Shown one piece after another: positions 1 to 14,311 of a stretch of 64,000 bases of DNA (positions within the stretch are counted from its first letter, which is position 1; each line of letters opens with the position of its first letter). The notes under the pieces are model-generated. The model was not told the origin of the DNA. It made no database searches and saw only the letters and a list, made by a program, of their open reading frames with translations. This stretch comes from Eledone cirrhosa. Its lineage: Eukaryota. A program made the position numbers and the translations under genes. The DNA lies in contig OZ024743.1 in NCBI GenBank assembly GCA_964016885.1, positions 224,626,001-224,690,000 of the forward strand. The letters are read 5' to 3'.

Positions 1-1652
1 ACATCTAAAATAACATTCCAGCCTCATCGATCAAGCATAGAGTAGACAACAGATATCAATATTAAAATTAAAAACGCCAAGAATATCTTCATCACTCCAC
101 AGAGTATCTAGGGACGCAAGAGAACATAGTATGCCACGCATATCGGTCATAGAATCAGAGTCAAAAGCAAACAAAACCAAAATTGTCCATCAAGCCTTAT
201 TTAGCAGAAATCATTCAAAACTTATTCTACAAATGCTCTTATATTTATTATAGAAGTTTATCCAGCTTAAAAATTTATTCAAAAGATTGGGGACAACGCC
301 AATTATAGGGTAGTTTATTTAATCTCATTAATTATATATTCATGCGGAAAGGTTTTTTAAAGAAAATTGAAGGAATCGAAAGATTTATCGCCAAGTATCA
401 CAAATAGTCAAATACCTTAAGTAAATATACTACATTTTATACTACATTTTAAATTTATATTTAAATGTTGAGTTCAATCTATGTCTGCAACAGCTGAATA
501 AATTGGTTCGTAAATTAAGGGAATTTTTAGATTTTAATATAAAGAATATCTCCTCCGCGCAGAGGTCACAAGTCTCAGAAGAGGAATTAAAAGGAATCCC
601 TTTTGAGACTATATTCCAAACCATCGAATATCCAACTTTATCATGCTTAAGTTGCCAGAGTAACCCTGACAGCGATGTTGATGATTTTTTATTTGGATCC
701 GTGAAAGAATTTTTGTGATTATTATAGCGAAGTTTAAATTCTGTCGAGGTGGAACCAACATAATTAAAAGAATTTAAATCAGTTCTAACATTACAGTTGT
801 ATATTATATTTTTAACTAAGCAATTGTTATTTAGCGGACATTTAGATCTATCTCTACAGTTACAGTTTTTTAGTTGAATATTGTTTAGGCTATTTTCGGT
901 ATTTTGGCTAGGTTTTAGATTCCTATTATTTATTCTATTAATATTTTGTGCTAAATTTTTGGTGGACGAGTACGTTAATTTTATAGTATGTCTATTAAAA
1001 ATTGAGTGATACTTATGTGTTCTAGGGAAGCGTTTGTCAAGAGTATTAAAAAATAGTTTAGCGATGTGGGTTTTAATGTTTAGTGAGAAAGGGGGGGCAA
1101 ACCATATTATATTTCTAGTTCTATTTCTTTTCTGGTTTTTGAAATTATTGTAGTGCTTTCTATTATAGTTGTTAAAGTTGTTACTGTAATTAAAATTGTT
1201 GTTATTTTGGTTAGTTTGTCTATTATCGATGTACATAATTTTATCACTACATCCTGCTCTAGCTAAAGCTTCATTATAATACTGGGCTTTTTCGTCAAAA
1301 ATATTTTTATTGGAAGAGATTCTAGAGATACGTTTTTGAACAGAGTTCACTATAGTATTTTTGACAGATCTGGGGTGATTGGAGCTAAAATTGACATAAT
1401 TCAAGTTTTCATTTAACTTGTGAAATGGATAGTGAAGACATGTGTTGAGATTAAATGTTACGTCTAGGAAATTGACTATTCTATGGTTATTCTCAATTTC
1501 TATTTTTAGATTAAGGTAATTAAAAAATTGTATAATTTGTTTTCTTTTCTTATTTAGTTCAGAGTTATTATTTTCAATAAGTAAAAGCATGTCATCTCTA
1601 TATAAACCTCCGGTAACACCGGGTATTTTCCTATGCAGCGAATTAATTATAA
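1..1652 (-). mobile_element. 5'-truncated Penelope-like retroelement, Naiad-type (RT C-terminal half + GIY-YIG)
   Basis: ORF 442-1590 extends upstream in frame through GGLYRDD (RT catalytic motif). It also has [20 protein letters not shown], a CxCx5Cx5C linker ([15 protein letters not shown]), IIY...YVG...R..NH (GIY-YIG) and CDLC. The 5' end abuts (TA)n and the 3' end runs off the window. Confidence 0.9.
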
Positions 1653-1701
1653 ATATATATATATATATATATATATAAAAGAATAAAAAAGTATAATAGT
1701 G

Positions 1702-1885
<184 letters not shown>

Positions 1886-1965
1886 CACTATTATACTTTT
1901 TTATAAAAAAAGAATAATAGTGATATATATATATATATATATCACTATTATTCTTTTTTTTATGG

Positions 1966-2156
1966 CCAGTGGATTGGCAGTATCGGTAGAGGGTCGGACG
2001 CCATGCTTTGACGCATAGAGTTACGGCCCTTGCCATTCTGAGTTCAAATCCCGCCGAGGTTAACTTTGCCTTTCATCCTTATGGGGTCGATAAAATAAAG
2101 TACCAGTAATACACTGGGTAATTGCTGGCCTTGTGCCAAAAGTAGAAACAATTATT
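1966..2156 (+). mobile_element. tRNA-derived SINE family 1; other copies at about 6383-6600+, 9234-9415+, 41214-41367+, 42396-42585-, 42635-42850+, 44093-44280-, 46700-46865-, 52497-52680-
   Basis: A-box-like tggcagtatcggtaga, B-box gagttcaaatcc, and conserved core ctttgcctttcatccttatggggtcgataaaataaagtaccagt with an AT-rich tail. Boundaries approximate. Confidence 0.88.
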
Positions 2157-2191
2157 TTTGTTATTTATGGAACGTTTTGACAGGGATACAA

Positions 2192-2384
2192 CAGACCTGC
2201 CAACCTCTGAAAACCCAAAACGGGGAGTACCACGAAAAAAAGTGCCACAAAACGGGGAGAAATGAGACAAAACGGAGTAGATTTCATGTAACGAAAGCTA
2301 TATTTTCACAAGAGAAGATATCTCTCACCCACCCCAAAATGGGTGGGAGATCTCCTCGTCGGGCGGGGAGAGTCAACAGGTCTG
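2192..2384 (+). mobile_element. About 190-bp MITE (CAGACCTGCCAAC TIR); copies at about 34545-34736, 47828-47988 (-), 50877-51056
   Basis: TIR cagacctgccaac...gttgacaggtctg, four alignable copies, apparent 6-bp TSD. Confidence 0.85.
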
Positions 2385-4960
2385 ATACAAAGTGAAAGTT
2401 TATTGGCTGACAAACATTTTCTGTCACTAGCGCTGCCTTCTTTTCCTTTGTAATATTTATGCAGTGACAACAATCACATGTGATGATAAGGTGTGAAGTA
2501 TTTAAATAATCTATGATTGTATTTTCTTCTGTTTAAAAACAAAACAAAACAAAGCTGAGTAAAGAAATATTCTTTTCACCAGTAGGTTATAATTCTAACT
2601 TCTAAAGACACCCAGACTCATTTCTTCCATTAACTACTTGTTTAAGAAATTATAAATAAGATAAGGATGCAGAATAACTAAGCTTGACGATTTGATTTAA
2701 CTTAAATCAGTCATACATTTAGCAGTTGTACGCAACGAAACAGCAAGTATTTGAGTAGAGAACAGAAGCGCACTGGGTCTTTAAATCGGTTCGGGCATAT
2801 AGGCAACACTGACTAATGGATTGCTGACTGCTGAGGGCTAGGGGCTTGTTTTTCCTCCTCAGCTAAGCACTTTTTCGTGATAATTTTCAGCATATTTCCT
2901 CCCAGCCTAACAGCCTACCAGCCATTGCCTAAATGTCCGTGTGTCTAGTCCACCTCTGAGGTTGCATAAAACCTAAGATTTTCATAGATGCTTAACGATT
3001 TAATTTAATTGAAACCCAGTCTTGAATCTTGCAACTCTATGTAAGCGAATAGCAAACATTTGATTAAAGAACCACAGAAAATAGTTTGGCGACATCGTTA
3101 ATCTTAATTAAACCGGATTCTTCGTTGACTAAAACAAGAAAGGGACTCCCCAAATATTAAATGAAACAGAAAACTTCCATTTTATTGTCATATTTAACAA
3201 GAAGAATTATGCACTTTAGTAAGCTAAACAATATTTGTTTTAGTCCAATGAAATAGCACGTTTCACATTCCTGAAAATTGGTTTGTCTAATATAGAAAGA
3301 ATTCAGAGGTCAAAATACGTTCTATATACGAGTATGAGTTAAAAATAAACAAAGATCCTTTAAATAAACAAACAATGTTTTGATGTCTCTGGAGTAGAAT
3401 TATAACAGACAAAAAGATAATATTGTGATCTCTTGATTGGTTGAGAAAATAAAGAGAGCATAGCGACAGTTGAGCAAGGCATTTTATTCTATGGTATAGT
3501 CGATTTGATGGAAATTCTGAACCAACATCTAGATGGTTCGATAGTAATAAGAATTTTTAATTATTGTGAATATAGAGAAAACTGGATATTTTGCTTTAAA
3601 GATAAGAATATAAAAATGTACAATAGAGGACTACATAATTAAACAACAGAAAATGATTGAATAGCCAAAAAAGGGGTGGGAACTGCTTAAAATTATAAGT
3701 CAAGGAAGTGATACATGGTACAATAAGATAGAAAATTATCCATTGTAATTGAGAGATACATGGTACAATAACATAACTATGGTGCAATCATGGTCATGTG
3801 TGAAGGTGCGTGGCGTAGTGGTTACGACCGTAAGATTGTGAGTTTGATTCCCAACAGTGTGTTGTACCTTTGAGCAATACTTTTTATTTTACCTTGCTGC
3901 AGTCCACTCAGCCGATAAAAAATGAGTTGTACTTATAATTCAAATGGCTAGATTTATTACACAATATGTCACGCTGAATTTCACTGAAAACTACATTAAG
4001 GGCATCCGTATCTATGGAGTACTCAGTTACTTGCTCGTTAATTTTACGAGGTCCAATACATGGTTTCATAACTTGGATAGACTAAAGCCTTTTGAATAGA
4101 AGTTAATAGGCGGAAACTATGCAAAAGAATTAATACATATGTTCAGAGGCTGAATATATTAGAATTCATATGTAGTATATGAGCAGATGGAAGTATTTGC
4201 CTACGTAATGGAGTTTTAAAAACAACAACAATATATAATAGAGGAAAACATGTTGTACAGGTACTAAAGAGATATTACTATTAGGACTGACTTACTACTG
4301 GAAATAAGCTGGGAAGATAGTTAGCATTGTATCATTTTAGACAATGGAAAAATGGAGAAAAGATTATGTGTGGTTTCTAAGTACACTCGGGTTCCAAATA
4401 ATAAGGATGGCGGTGGAATAAGCAAGTGGATTGGTGGGGGGTTTGCTTAAATTCTTATAAGCGGGGGAAGGGATAAACGGGGGTGTTGCGAAATCGGTAA
4501 TTGTATAGTGTATATTCGTAAATATGGGATTTCTTGTAATGTTCTTTTTTTGTCATATATAATATTTTTTAATGTAAACTAAAATAATTATTAGATTCTC
4601 CAGCTGCTGTATCAATATGAATCACTTGCAATAACATTTCACCGGAGATAGATTAGCAAAATATTTAATAAGCGGGGGGGATTATACAAGACCTGAAAGT
4701 AATGTATTGTGACAGTAAATTTACATAGACACCTGAGTAATTTATATAGGCAGTTGTGAGTAAGGTGTCTGCAAACAACCCAACAAAATGAATGCAGATT
4801 TCTATGAATTAAATGTGATGGTTTGAGCAGTTGCAAAAATATAAGAGTTAATAAAATATATACATTACAAAAACAATTTTAACTTCATTGTTTCACAAAT
4901 TATGTAATACCTTAGATCATTCATTCTTATTAATCTTGTTACCTTTTATTTCTTTTATAG

Positions 4961-5870
4961 GTTATCGGTCATTTTGCAACTGCTGTTCGCAGAATGTACA
5001 GTCATTTCGGAAAGTCAAGCCATTCAGTGTCTGACGGTGTGGATAATACGGCTACAGTGAGATCTAGTAACATTATACCGGATAAATCACCTGCTCACCA
5101 TGGGACCGGTGTCGACTCTACAAAGAGATCAGACTACGACACGGAAGCCGGTCAGCGAGACGAGCACCATATCAAAGACTCTGTTTCAAAGAGTGCAGAC
5201 ATGGCTGCCACATGTCAATGTGTGGAGAGCGGCAACAATAGAAAGAAAAAGAAGAAGAAATCCAAGATCAAAAAGTGCTCGAAAACCCAAGAATCAAATA
5301 ACACCATAAGTAAAGAAAGTGATGATATGGATAGCAAAACTGTTGAGACCATTCGAGGAGATCAACATGAGGTCTCTGAGTCTTCTTCATCAGGTTCTCC
5401 TGGTAACGAAGACATTCTGTCTGGAAATTCTCAAACACAGTTAACAAAAGTTAATGGTGATAATAGCCAATCACAAGCAGAAGCAAGGGCAAAAATTTCC
5501 TCTGGACATTTTAAAGCAGCAGCAAAAAGTAAGAAACTTCAAAAAAGTTTATCAAGGACGTTATCGAATTTAGATTTCGAGAATTGTAATCCAGAGATCT
5601 GTGTGACCCTCATGCATCGGCCTTCAATCCAGAGTGTTGGAGCTCTTAAACGAAAGTTAAAGAGTTGTACAACTGAATGGCTCCAGTCGTTTGTAAAACA
5701 AGGCGGTCTCGACACTTTGTTACATTTTAGCATCGGAGACCGCCATGTTATTCAATTATCAGATGCCTTGTTACTATTGGAATGTATTTCCTGTATTCGT
5801 GTTGTCATGAACTCTCGGCAGGGACTTGAATATATCATAAATACAAATTACACCAAAAAGCTGGTAAAAA
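4961..5870 (+). CDS. INF2: INF2-like formin, coding exon 1 in window (ATG 4994; N-terminal extension + start of DID/GBD-FH3)
   Basis: Acceptor ttttatag|4961 and donor |gtaagt 5871 (phase 1). C-terminal part FENCNPEICVTLMHRPS...WLQSFVKQGGLDTLL...SDALLLLECISCIRVVMNSRQGLEYI matches the remembered vertebrate INF2 DID (LESADPELCIRLLQMPS...[26 protein letters not shown]). 4961-4993 is open and in frame, so an upstream coding exon is possible. Confidence 0.92.
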
Positions 5871-6647
5871 GTAAGTATACAATACAAATTATTTCTTTGA
5901 TCGTCTTTATTTATTATTTTAAAAAATATAGTTCACACTTATGAAGGTTTATTCTATAATCCTGACATTGTAATCTCGGACAAGCTGTATTATAGGTAGG
6001 GGTCGAAACTGCCACGTCCAATTTGACAGCTGATGACTATGGAAGTTTTACCAATTTTGCAATATCACGTGACGTACGCGGCTCCCTCCCTCCTAGTCTT
6101 TAGTTGAGTTGTTACTCCTTTTCACAGAAATTAATGAAATATTTCATATATAGATATACTTTAGTTGTTGAACTGACGTCCAAACGAGTATCCCCCACCC
6201 CCAACTAAATTGCCCTCCACCACTGGGTCCCAGGCGTATCGTATGACTTTATTGTCTCGTTCCTTGATCTTGGTGCTACCACACAGTTTAGATGTGGTTA
6301 TCACTACTAGCTTACCCCTTTCTCTCTGTGCGTCACCTGTTTGTGTCTCCAATGGATGGTTAAACGTAAGTTTTATTAATATGGGTGGATTGGTAGAATA
6401 TGTAGAGCGTCAGACAAAAAGTCATTGCGGTATTTATTCTGGCTCTTTCCATTCTAAGTTTAATTCCTGCCAAGGCCAAATTTGTCTTTCCCCCATCAGG
6501 GATCGATAAAATAAAGTACCTCTCAAATACTGAGTTTGATTTAATCAACTTACCCTTCCCCAAATCTGCTGGCATTGTACATAAATTAGAAATCAATAAG
6601 GAGTAATAAAAGTAATTTTTGTAGCTGAATACAGACACCTATTCAGT

Positions 6648-6762
6648 GAAGGCGCGTGGCTAAGTGGTTAGAGAATTGGATTCGCAATCGTGAGGTTGTG
6701 AATTCGATTCCTAGACCGGGCGATGCGTTATGTCATTGAGCAAGACACTTTATTTCACGTCG
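6648..6762 (+). mobile_element. tRNA-derived SINE family 2; copies at about 3802-4045+ and 60720-60860-
   Basis: gaaggcgcgtggctaagtggttaga...ttcgattcc (A/B boxes), then ttgagcaagacactttatttcac. Confidence 0.8.
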
Positions 6763-7244
6763 CCCCTTCTACCTGGAGTTCCGACCGATAGATAGTATTA
6801 GCAATTGGAAAGACCAACGGAAATATTGTTTCCTTGGTCCGATTTGACGAAAGTCGGTCGACTGTCGATAAAGACACATACTATCACACGGACTATCACA
6901 CGTACTGTCACACAGACTCGACTCAAACCGCCCAATTTAAAGCCACATACAAACATTAATTAGAAAATTCTATACAGAGGCATGCTAAACATTACAACAA
7001 AGCAACTTTTTATTTTTTAAACCAGTTCTATATTAATGTTTACCTTCTACATAAGAACGGTTTTATTTTTTGTCTAAATATTTCAGTGGCAGCTTTTGTT
7101 GTTTTAGCCCACTTTCCTTGGTTGGTTGGATTTTAGTCAAGTAGATTTATATACCCGGCATGTTTGTTGGTTTTATCGATTTAAAGATCGGAATTAGCGT
7201 ACTGTTTACAGAATAATCAGTGGAATGGTGAACAAGATGATCGT

Positions 7245-7470
7245 GGCGGTAGTGGTGGTGGTGTAGTCAGTGGTGATGGTGGACTTAGTGGTTGTGGTGG
7301 TTTTAGTGGAGACTGTGGTGGTGGTGAAGACAGTGGTGATGGTTATGTTAGTGAAGTTTCCAGTTTGATTATATTGGTGGTAGCAATAAAACCAGTGGCG
7401 CTGGTGGTTGCGTTAAGGATAATAATGGCGATGGTTATTGTAGTGGTGGTGGTAATGGTGGAGGATTGGT
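7245..7470 (+). repeat. Degenerate (GGT/GTA)n repeat
   Basis: ggtggtggt-rich tract. Confidence 0.8.
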
Positions 7471-8524
7471 GAAAGTTATAGAGGTAATATTAAATCGTAA
7501 ATGTTAATCGTTGGTTTTCACAGGGAATGTCATACATTTCTACGATGGTGGCATAGACATTTATTTATGATTATCCTATGTTAATTTTTTGCCACAATTC
7601 TAGTTTTCAATATTTCTAAAGTGATATAGAGGAGACTATAGAAATATATTTGTCTCTAAGTTATATTACCAAAGCATGAATGAAATCGTGACTGTGGGAT
7701 TTGAACTCATGTTACACTAGCCAGTCCTGTAACTCCTTTACTTGGCTGTTGTAACTCGCGTGAACAAGTTTATATGTTCTGATGGGAAATCCCTAGCCTG
7801 GTGGAACCAGAGAATGAAGCTCATCTAAATATCTTTCATAGCAGTAATGGTAAAATAACAAAACAAAATAAAACAGAACCAAATTTGCAACATTCTGTCG
7901 TTAATAGAGTGAATAGACTGACAAAAAGAGCTCATCATCAACTAGACTACGCATTTGATTCTTCACTCTATCAGGAGTGGACAGTAATTATTTGGAAGAA
8001 TTTGCCTAAATGTATGAGCAGTAATCTATTTTTCTTTCTTTATTTTGGTGGTGGTGGTAGGTGGGTGGTGGGTTGTTTCTTGTAGAGATACAATAGAACT
8101 TCAGGTGTAATGAACTTTTTTAAAGCAGGACAATCAGAATTTTTATTTCACTTGTTCTAGCGGGTTGTTAGTTGATCTTAGAATTTGAACCACAACCAAG
8201 TTTTATCCGATCTAGGAATAGATATATTTCCCCTATTAATATATTACAGCAAGTGATATGGAAGGAGTCATGTGCTTCATTGTAGATCATGAAAACAAAA
8301 ATATTTCTCTACTGAATGAGGAATTAAATTCAAACAATTATTCAGAATATTTAATATACTGTTTATACTTTATATATTTTCACAATCTATGCAATGCAAG
8401 CTTATAGTTAATATAAATAGTTTTAACTTTATATAATTTATGCATTGTCTAGTTAATTTATTATTCTTTTTTATTCGTCTGGAAAAAGAAATAGCCTGGT
8501 TTCGCAATATTAATCATCACCGCA

Positions 8525-8860
8525 AAGTTAGATGGATTGCGTAGCTCGGAGATCAGGGAGTCGCTCCAGGTAGAACCCTTACTTCTCCGAATTGAGAGAT
8601 CACAGTTCCGATATTATGGACATGTGGTCAGAATATCTAAGGAAAGAATCGCTGGGCAGATATTACGGGTAAAAACAACCGGCAGGAGTCTCAGGTAAAC
8701 CCCGAGCAAGATGGTTGGATAACATCCATGAGCTCGGCTGGTCGCGCTTGGGGATCCAACCAGATCAATTGGTGACTGTTGCTTCTGACAGGACTCGCTG
8801 GAAGGAGTGGTTGAGGACTGTGCCCCTCCCAGGAAAAAGTGGGCGAAGAGGAAGAAGACC
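8525..8860 (+). mobile_element. RTE LINE 3' fragment (second family); related copy at 54150-54450 (-)
   Basis: DGLRSSEIRESLQVEPLLLRIERSQFRYYGHVVR...ASDRTRWK. Confidence 0.8.
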
Positions 8861-10401
8861 GCAAAGTCAAATTCCCTTTCTACTCCATATTCAAAATGCC
8901 ATTTATACTTGCAGCAGCCGTTGAAATGTCACGGTTATCTTAAAAGCCTCTAAGAAGTAAAGATTATTAAATTAGATCCTTTAAGAAATGTTTCTACATC
9001 ATGTGTGATTTATAAAGAATTTAAGAAATATACATACCATTCTATGTGGTAACCAGTTTTGTATATTGGCTTTGAAGGGAGATTTGTCTGTTCCCAAAAA
9101 TGCATGAAATTGCTCCTGGACCTGCTTGTATGAGCCACACATAGTAACGTTTCACACAGAAAATCCGGTGCTGGATTGATATTCCTGGAAGATCTGACCA
9201 TTACAGAAACAAACAATAGCACACATTATTTATTGCAGTATCGGTAGAAGGTCGGACGCCATGCTTTCCAGCATAGTTACGTCCCTTTACGATCTGAGTT
9301 CAAATCCCGCCGAGGTTGACTTTGCCTTTCATCCTTATGGGGTCGATAAAATAAAGTACCAGTAATGCACTGGGTAATTGCTGGCCTTGTGCCTAAAGTA
9401 GAAACAATTATTTATTTTGCTGCAGTTGTTTTTATTATTCTTAGCGTCTGCAAATTTCCCCCCTGTTTCTTTGTCTTTTCTGATCTATTATATTCCTCGG
9501 TTCAGTGTGATGAGCGGTCGTTTTTCTTTTTTTCTTCCTAGATGTTTGCATAGAACAGAGAACAATAAGAATATGATTGCTTTTTACAGAAAATTTATTG
9601 ATTTGTTTAATTGGTGAAAGAAGTAATTTATTAATTTCTTTCATTCCTATTTTTTAATAATAGAGCCAGAGTAGAATAAAAGTTAAGGAGACCGTGATGT
9701 CATCATGTTTAATGTAAAAAACATTAAAGTACAAATCTAAACAAGTTTCCAGTTTTTTAGGGTAACAAACGGCAGTAGTTATGAACACAACGCTATAAAG
9801 GATTGTATATTTGTTGCTGTAGAAATTATATATTAAAAATAAATATTACAATATTCTGAGAAATCATCCGTAAGATTTATAATAAGTAAGTGGATGGCAG
9901 CAACAGAGCTTGAGTCTGGGTATTTAGCAACCTATGTTAGCTCTGCAATGTGCACCACCTCCCAGTTATGCTCCCTTTTCTCTTAGATAAAATAATATCA
10001 ATTTATACTTTGGCAAGCTTACGAACCTAGATTTGATCCTTCTCTCTCTGACCACACTATGAACATTACTAAGTCTGTATCCCCCCCCCCTACACTGTCC
10101 ACAATCACCCGCGCCAACGTTAAAGAAGATTACAGCAGCACCATAAGGGAGCATTTCAAAAATAATATATTGTATTGAAAAAAAAATAACATTATCAAAA
10201 TATCTTTTAGGAGTAATTCAATTGCTTTACAATATTCTCAATTTACTTGTATAGTCTTTAGAAACAGTAAATACTTGACAAATTTTCTAACCAGTAAATA
10301 TTTGAAAACTTAATAAAATTTGTTATAATTTGTTCGATTTAAATAAAATTATATAGTAAGTAAATGGTCTTAAAATGTACACCTTTTATGTTTTGCTACA
10401 G

Positions 10402-10517
10402 CTTTAGATTCTCAAAATGTGATGGTTAAGAGTGAGGTATTTGAACTGCTGTCTGTCCTCTGTATTTATTGTCCGGAGGGCTATAAAAGTACCCTGAACG
10501 CTATAGATATGATGAAG
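10402..10517 (+). CDS. INF2: INF2-like exon 2 (DID)
   Basis: tacag|...aag|gtaata, 116 nt, phase 1 to 0. [39 protein letters not shown] vs INF2 [27 protein letters not shown]. Not in the ORF track. Confidence 0.93.
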
Positions 10518-10595
10518 GTAATATTTCATCTTGTTATTTATTATATTCTTTAAAGCTTTGATATGATTTCAGTTCATGAAATAAAATATAAATAT

Positions 10596-10638
<43 letters not shown>

Positions 10639-10639
<1 letters not shown>

Positions 10640-11912
10640 CATAATCTATAAAGGTCAGTGTGTGGTCATGCTCCTTTCTTATAGAAATCTACGATATAGA
10701 ATTTCTTCAATTGAAATTTACAATTCAGTATTCGAAAGAGTTTCGATTGCGTCTTGGCACATCTCATTTTTTCAATTTCACCCACAATTACGCAAAAAAT
10801 AGATAAAACTCAATATTTTACGATTTTTCTCTGTCATTTAAACTGCTAAACTCTTTCCACTACCATTCAAAATCTATACAACTTCATACTTTCTGCTACT
10901 TTCTCTTTCCAAGCTTGATGGTGATACTGTCCGTATTACTCTGTCATATCATCTGCTTGCCTCTATCTACAACCCACACATTTTGCTACTTTCTTCAAAT
11001 TATTACATTTCATACGAAACGACAATTATTCAAAAGCAACAGATACATTTATTCAACAACAAGCGATAAATTTTTTTAAAACCTTTTTTCCAAACGCATA
11101 CAAACACACACTCACTTCAACAACAACAACAACAATCTGCCTTTTATAGATAATGATAAACAATAATATCCTCTATGAGGTCACTAAACCTGCTAGAAAC
11201 AGCAGCTAACTATCCCCCATACCACACCCCTCCCTACTGTCTAAAATTTAGAAAACATATCTTCTATGAGGTCACTAAACCTGCTAGAAGCAGCAGCTAA
11301 CTCTCCCCCATATCACACCACTCCCTACTGTCTTAAATTTAGAAAACAGATATCCTCTATGAGGTTACTAAACCTGCTAGAAACAGCAGCTAACTCTCCC
11401 CCATATCACACCCATCCCCACTGTCTTAAATTTAGAAAACATATCTTCTATGAGGTCACTAAATCTGCTAGAAACAGCAGCTAACTCTCCTCCATATCAC
11501 ACCACTCCCTACTGTCTTAAATTTAGAAAACACATATCCTCTATGAGGTCACTAAACCTTCTAGAAATAACAGCTAACTCTACCTCATATCACAACCCTC
11601 CCTACTGTCTTAAATTTAGAAAACACACAGACAACCATGCAGAACAACTCCATCGCAGCTCTGTTGTTCGGCTGGCATCGTCTACGCGCGTGTTGCGCAA
11701 GTACTGTGAAACAATAAATCTCAACACTTTTTTGCACAGAGATAATATCCATAGGCGAAACTACAATTGTCACTGCTGGCGCAGCTCCTGCTTCCAGGTC
11801 TGCAATTCATTCACCCAGTGCCTGGCAGACAAAAAAGTGCTGCCATAAAGTGGGTGGTGCAACCTAACTTTGGTAACTTAATGACCCCGAGCAACGCCGG
11901 GCTTTAATGCTA

Positions 11913-11913
<1 letters not shown>
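10639..11913 (+). mobile_element. Non-autonomous Helitron with internal tandem array
   Basis: 5' a|TCataatctataaagg and 3' hairpin ccccgagcaacgccggg followed by CTAG|t. The 5' end is less certain than the 3' end. Confidence 0.65.
11166..11625 (+). repeat. About 92-bp tandem repeat x5
   Basis: Unit atatcctctatgaggtcactaaacctgctagaaacagcagctaactctcccccatatcacaccactccctactgtcttaaatttagaaaac. Confidence 0.95.
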
Positions 11914-11993
<80 letters not shown>

Positions 11994-12208
11994 TATATGT
12001 ATATATATAAATACATATGTATATATGTATATATATACATACATATGTATATATGTATATATATACATACATATATATATGTATATATATACATACATAT
12101 ATATATGTATATATATATATATATATACATATATATATGTATATATATAAATACATATGTATATATGTATATATATACATACATATATATATGTATATAT
12201 ATACATAC

Positions 12209-12239
<31 letters not shown>

Positions 12240-12544
12240 TACATATATATATGTATATATATATATATACATACATATATGTATATATATATATACATAC
12301 ATATACTTATGTATATATATATTCATACATATATATATGTATGTATATATATATTCATACATATATATATGTATATATATATATTCATACATATATATAT
12401 GTATATATATATATATATATACATATATATATGTATATATATATATATATATACATATATATATGTATATATATATATATATATATACATACATATATGT
12501 ATATATATATATATATACATACATATATGTATATATATATATAT

Positions 12545-12661
<117 letters not shown>

Positions 12662-12759
12662 CATATATATATGTATATATATATATACATACATATATAT
12701 ATGTATATATATATATACATATAAATATGTATATATATATATACATACATTCGTGTATT

Positions 12760-13453
12760 TATATGTAGGTGTGCGTGTGCGCTTGTTATATACGTATTTA
12801 TTTACTTATATACGTTTATATAATTATTTATTTATTTGTACACAAGCATACACACACACACATATTTATCTGTGCGTGGTTTTGTATACCCATGGTAAGG
12901 TTTTGCGTATGCTTGTGTATGTACGTATCTGTTTGCGTGTATGTATTTATTTGTTTCTATTACTTCTGTATTGTATTTATTTACTTTGTTCTTAACTCTG
13001 TAGCGGAGATTCATTTGGTCTCCTAGTTAGAATTTTAGTCTACGATTTCTGCTATACCATTTACGTGGTTTTGTCTTTGCGTACTATTGTTCTCCACGGT
13101 CCACATATGACTTATTATCTTCGTTTTTTCGTTCATTGCCAGAGAACGTCTCTATGCACCGCCTAAGAGAACATTAGTCTACGACCTCTTTTATACCATA
13201 AACGTGGTTTTGTCTTTTCGCGTAATTGTTTTTCACCGCTCCTATTAATGACGTATTATTCGTTTTTTCCCGTTCTTTGCCAGCGAACGTTACCACGAAC
13301 CAAAGTATCGTCTTCCTGTCTTCCTCCGGTTGCAACGTTTTTTGAAATATCCAGTTCTGCGTTTACAGATTGACTTTGTTAGTTTCAGAAGATCCCGTTA
13401 AGGGTGAAAGCAGCGATTCTTTGCTTAAACTTTAATCTGTTATTTTAATAAAT
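12760..13453 (+). mobile_element. PLE 3' UTR/pLTR fragment with variant HHR
   Basis: A TG/TA-rich UTR, an internal duplicated segment (about 13036-13160 and 13176-13295) and an HHR-like motif at 13381-13431. Its end matches 19588-19645 in reverse complement. Confidence 0.6.
13381..13431 (+). ncRNA. Type I hammerhead ribozyme, variant core (CAGAAGA)
   Basis: agttt-CAGAAGA-tccc gtta agggt-GAAA-gca...tgc-TT-aaact; stems I, II and III pair. Confidence 0.5.
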
Positions 13454-13618
13454 ATATATATACATACATATATATATATGTATATATATACATATATATA
13501 TGTATATATATACATATATATATATATGTATATATATACATATATATATGTATATATATACATATATATATGTATATATATATACATATATATATGTATA
13601 TATATACATATATATATG

Positions 13619-13656
<38 letters not shown>

Positions 13657-13664
13657 TAGATATG

Positions 13665-13700
<36 letters not shown>

Positions 13701-13749
13701 GATAGATAGATATGTATATATATATATAGAGAGAGAGAGAGATAGATAG

Positions 13750-13808
<59 letters not shown>

Positions 13809-13826
13809 TAGATAGATATAGATATG

Positions 13827-13884
<58 letters not shown>

Positions 13885-13885
13885 G

Positions 13886-14034
<149 letters not shown>

Positions 14035-14168
14035 TATAGATATGTATATATATATATAGATAGATAGATATAGATATGTATATATATATATATAGATAGA
14101 TAGATATAGATATGTATATATATATATATGTATATATAGATATGTATATATATATATAGAGATATATG

Positions 14169-14201
<33 letters not shown>

Positions 14202-14216
14202 GTATATATATATATG

Positions 14217-14266
<50 letters not shown>

Positions 14267-14269
14267 GAG

Positions 14270-14304
<35 letters not shown>

Positions 14305-14311
<7 letters not shown>

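Noticed and set aside
442-1590. Selenoprotein-type Naiad (in-frame UGA + SECIS)
   Set aside because: The conserved Cys positions are ordinary Cys codons in all three Naiad fragments, and no in-frame UGA was seen.
6648-6720. tRNA gene
   Set aside because: A/B boxes are present, but the sequence continues into a SINE body, is multi-copy and degenerate, and forms no clean cloverleaf.
11166-11625. CRISPR-like array
   Set aside because: Contiguous tandem units with no unique spacers, no cas genes, and a eukaryotic Helitron context.
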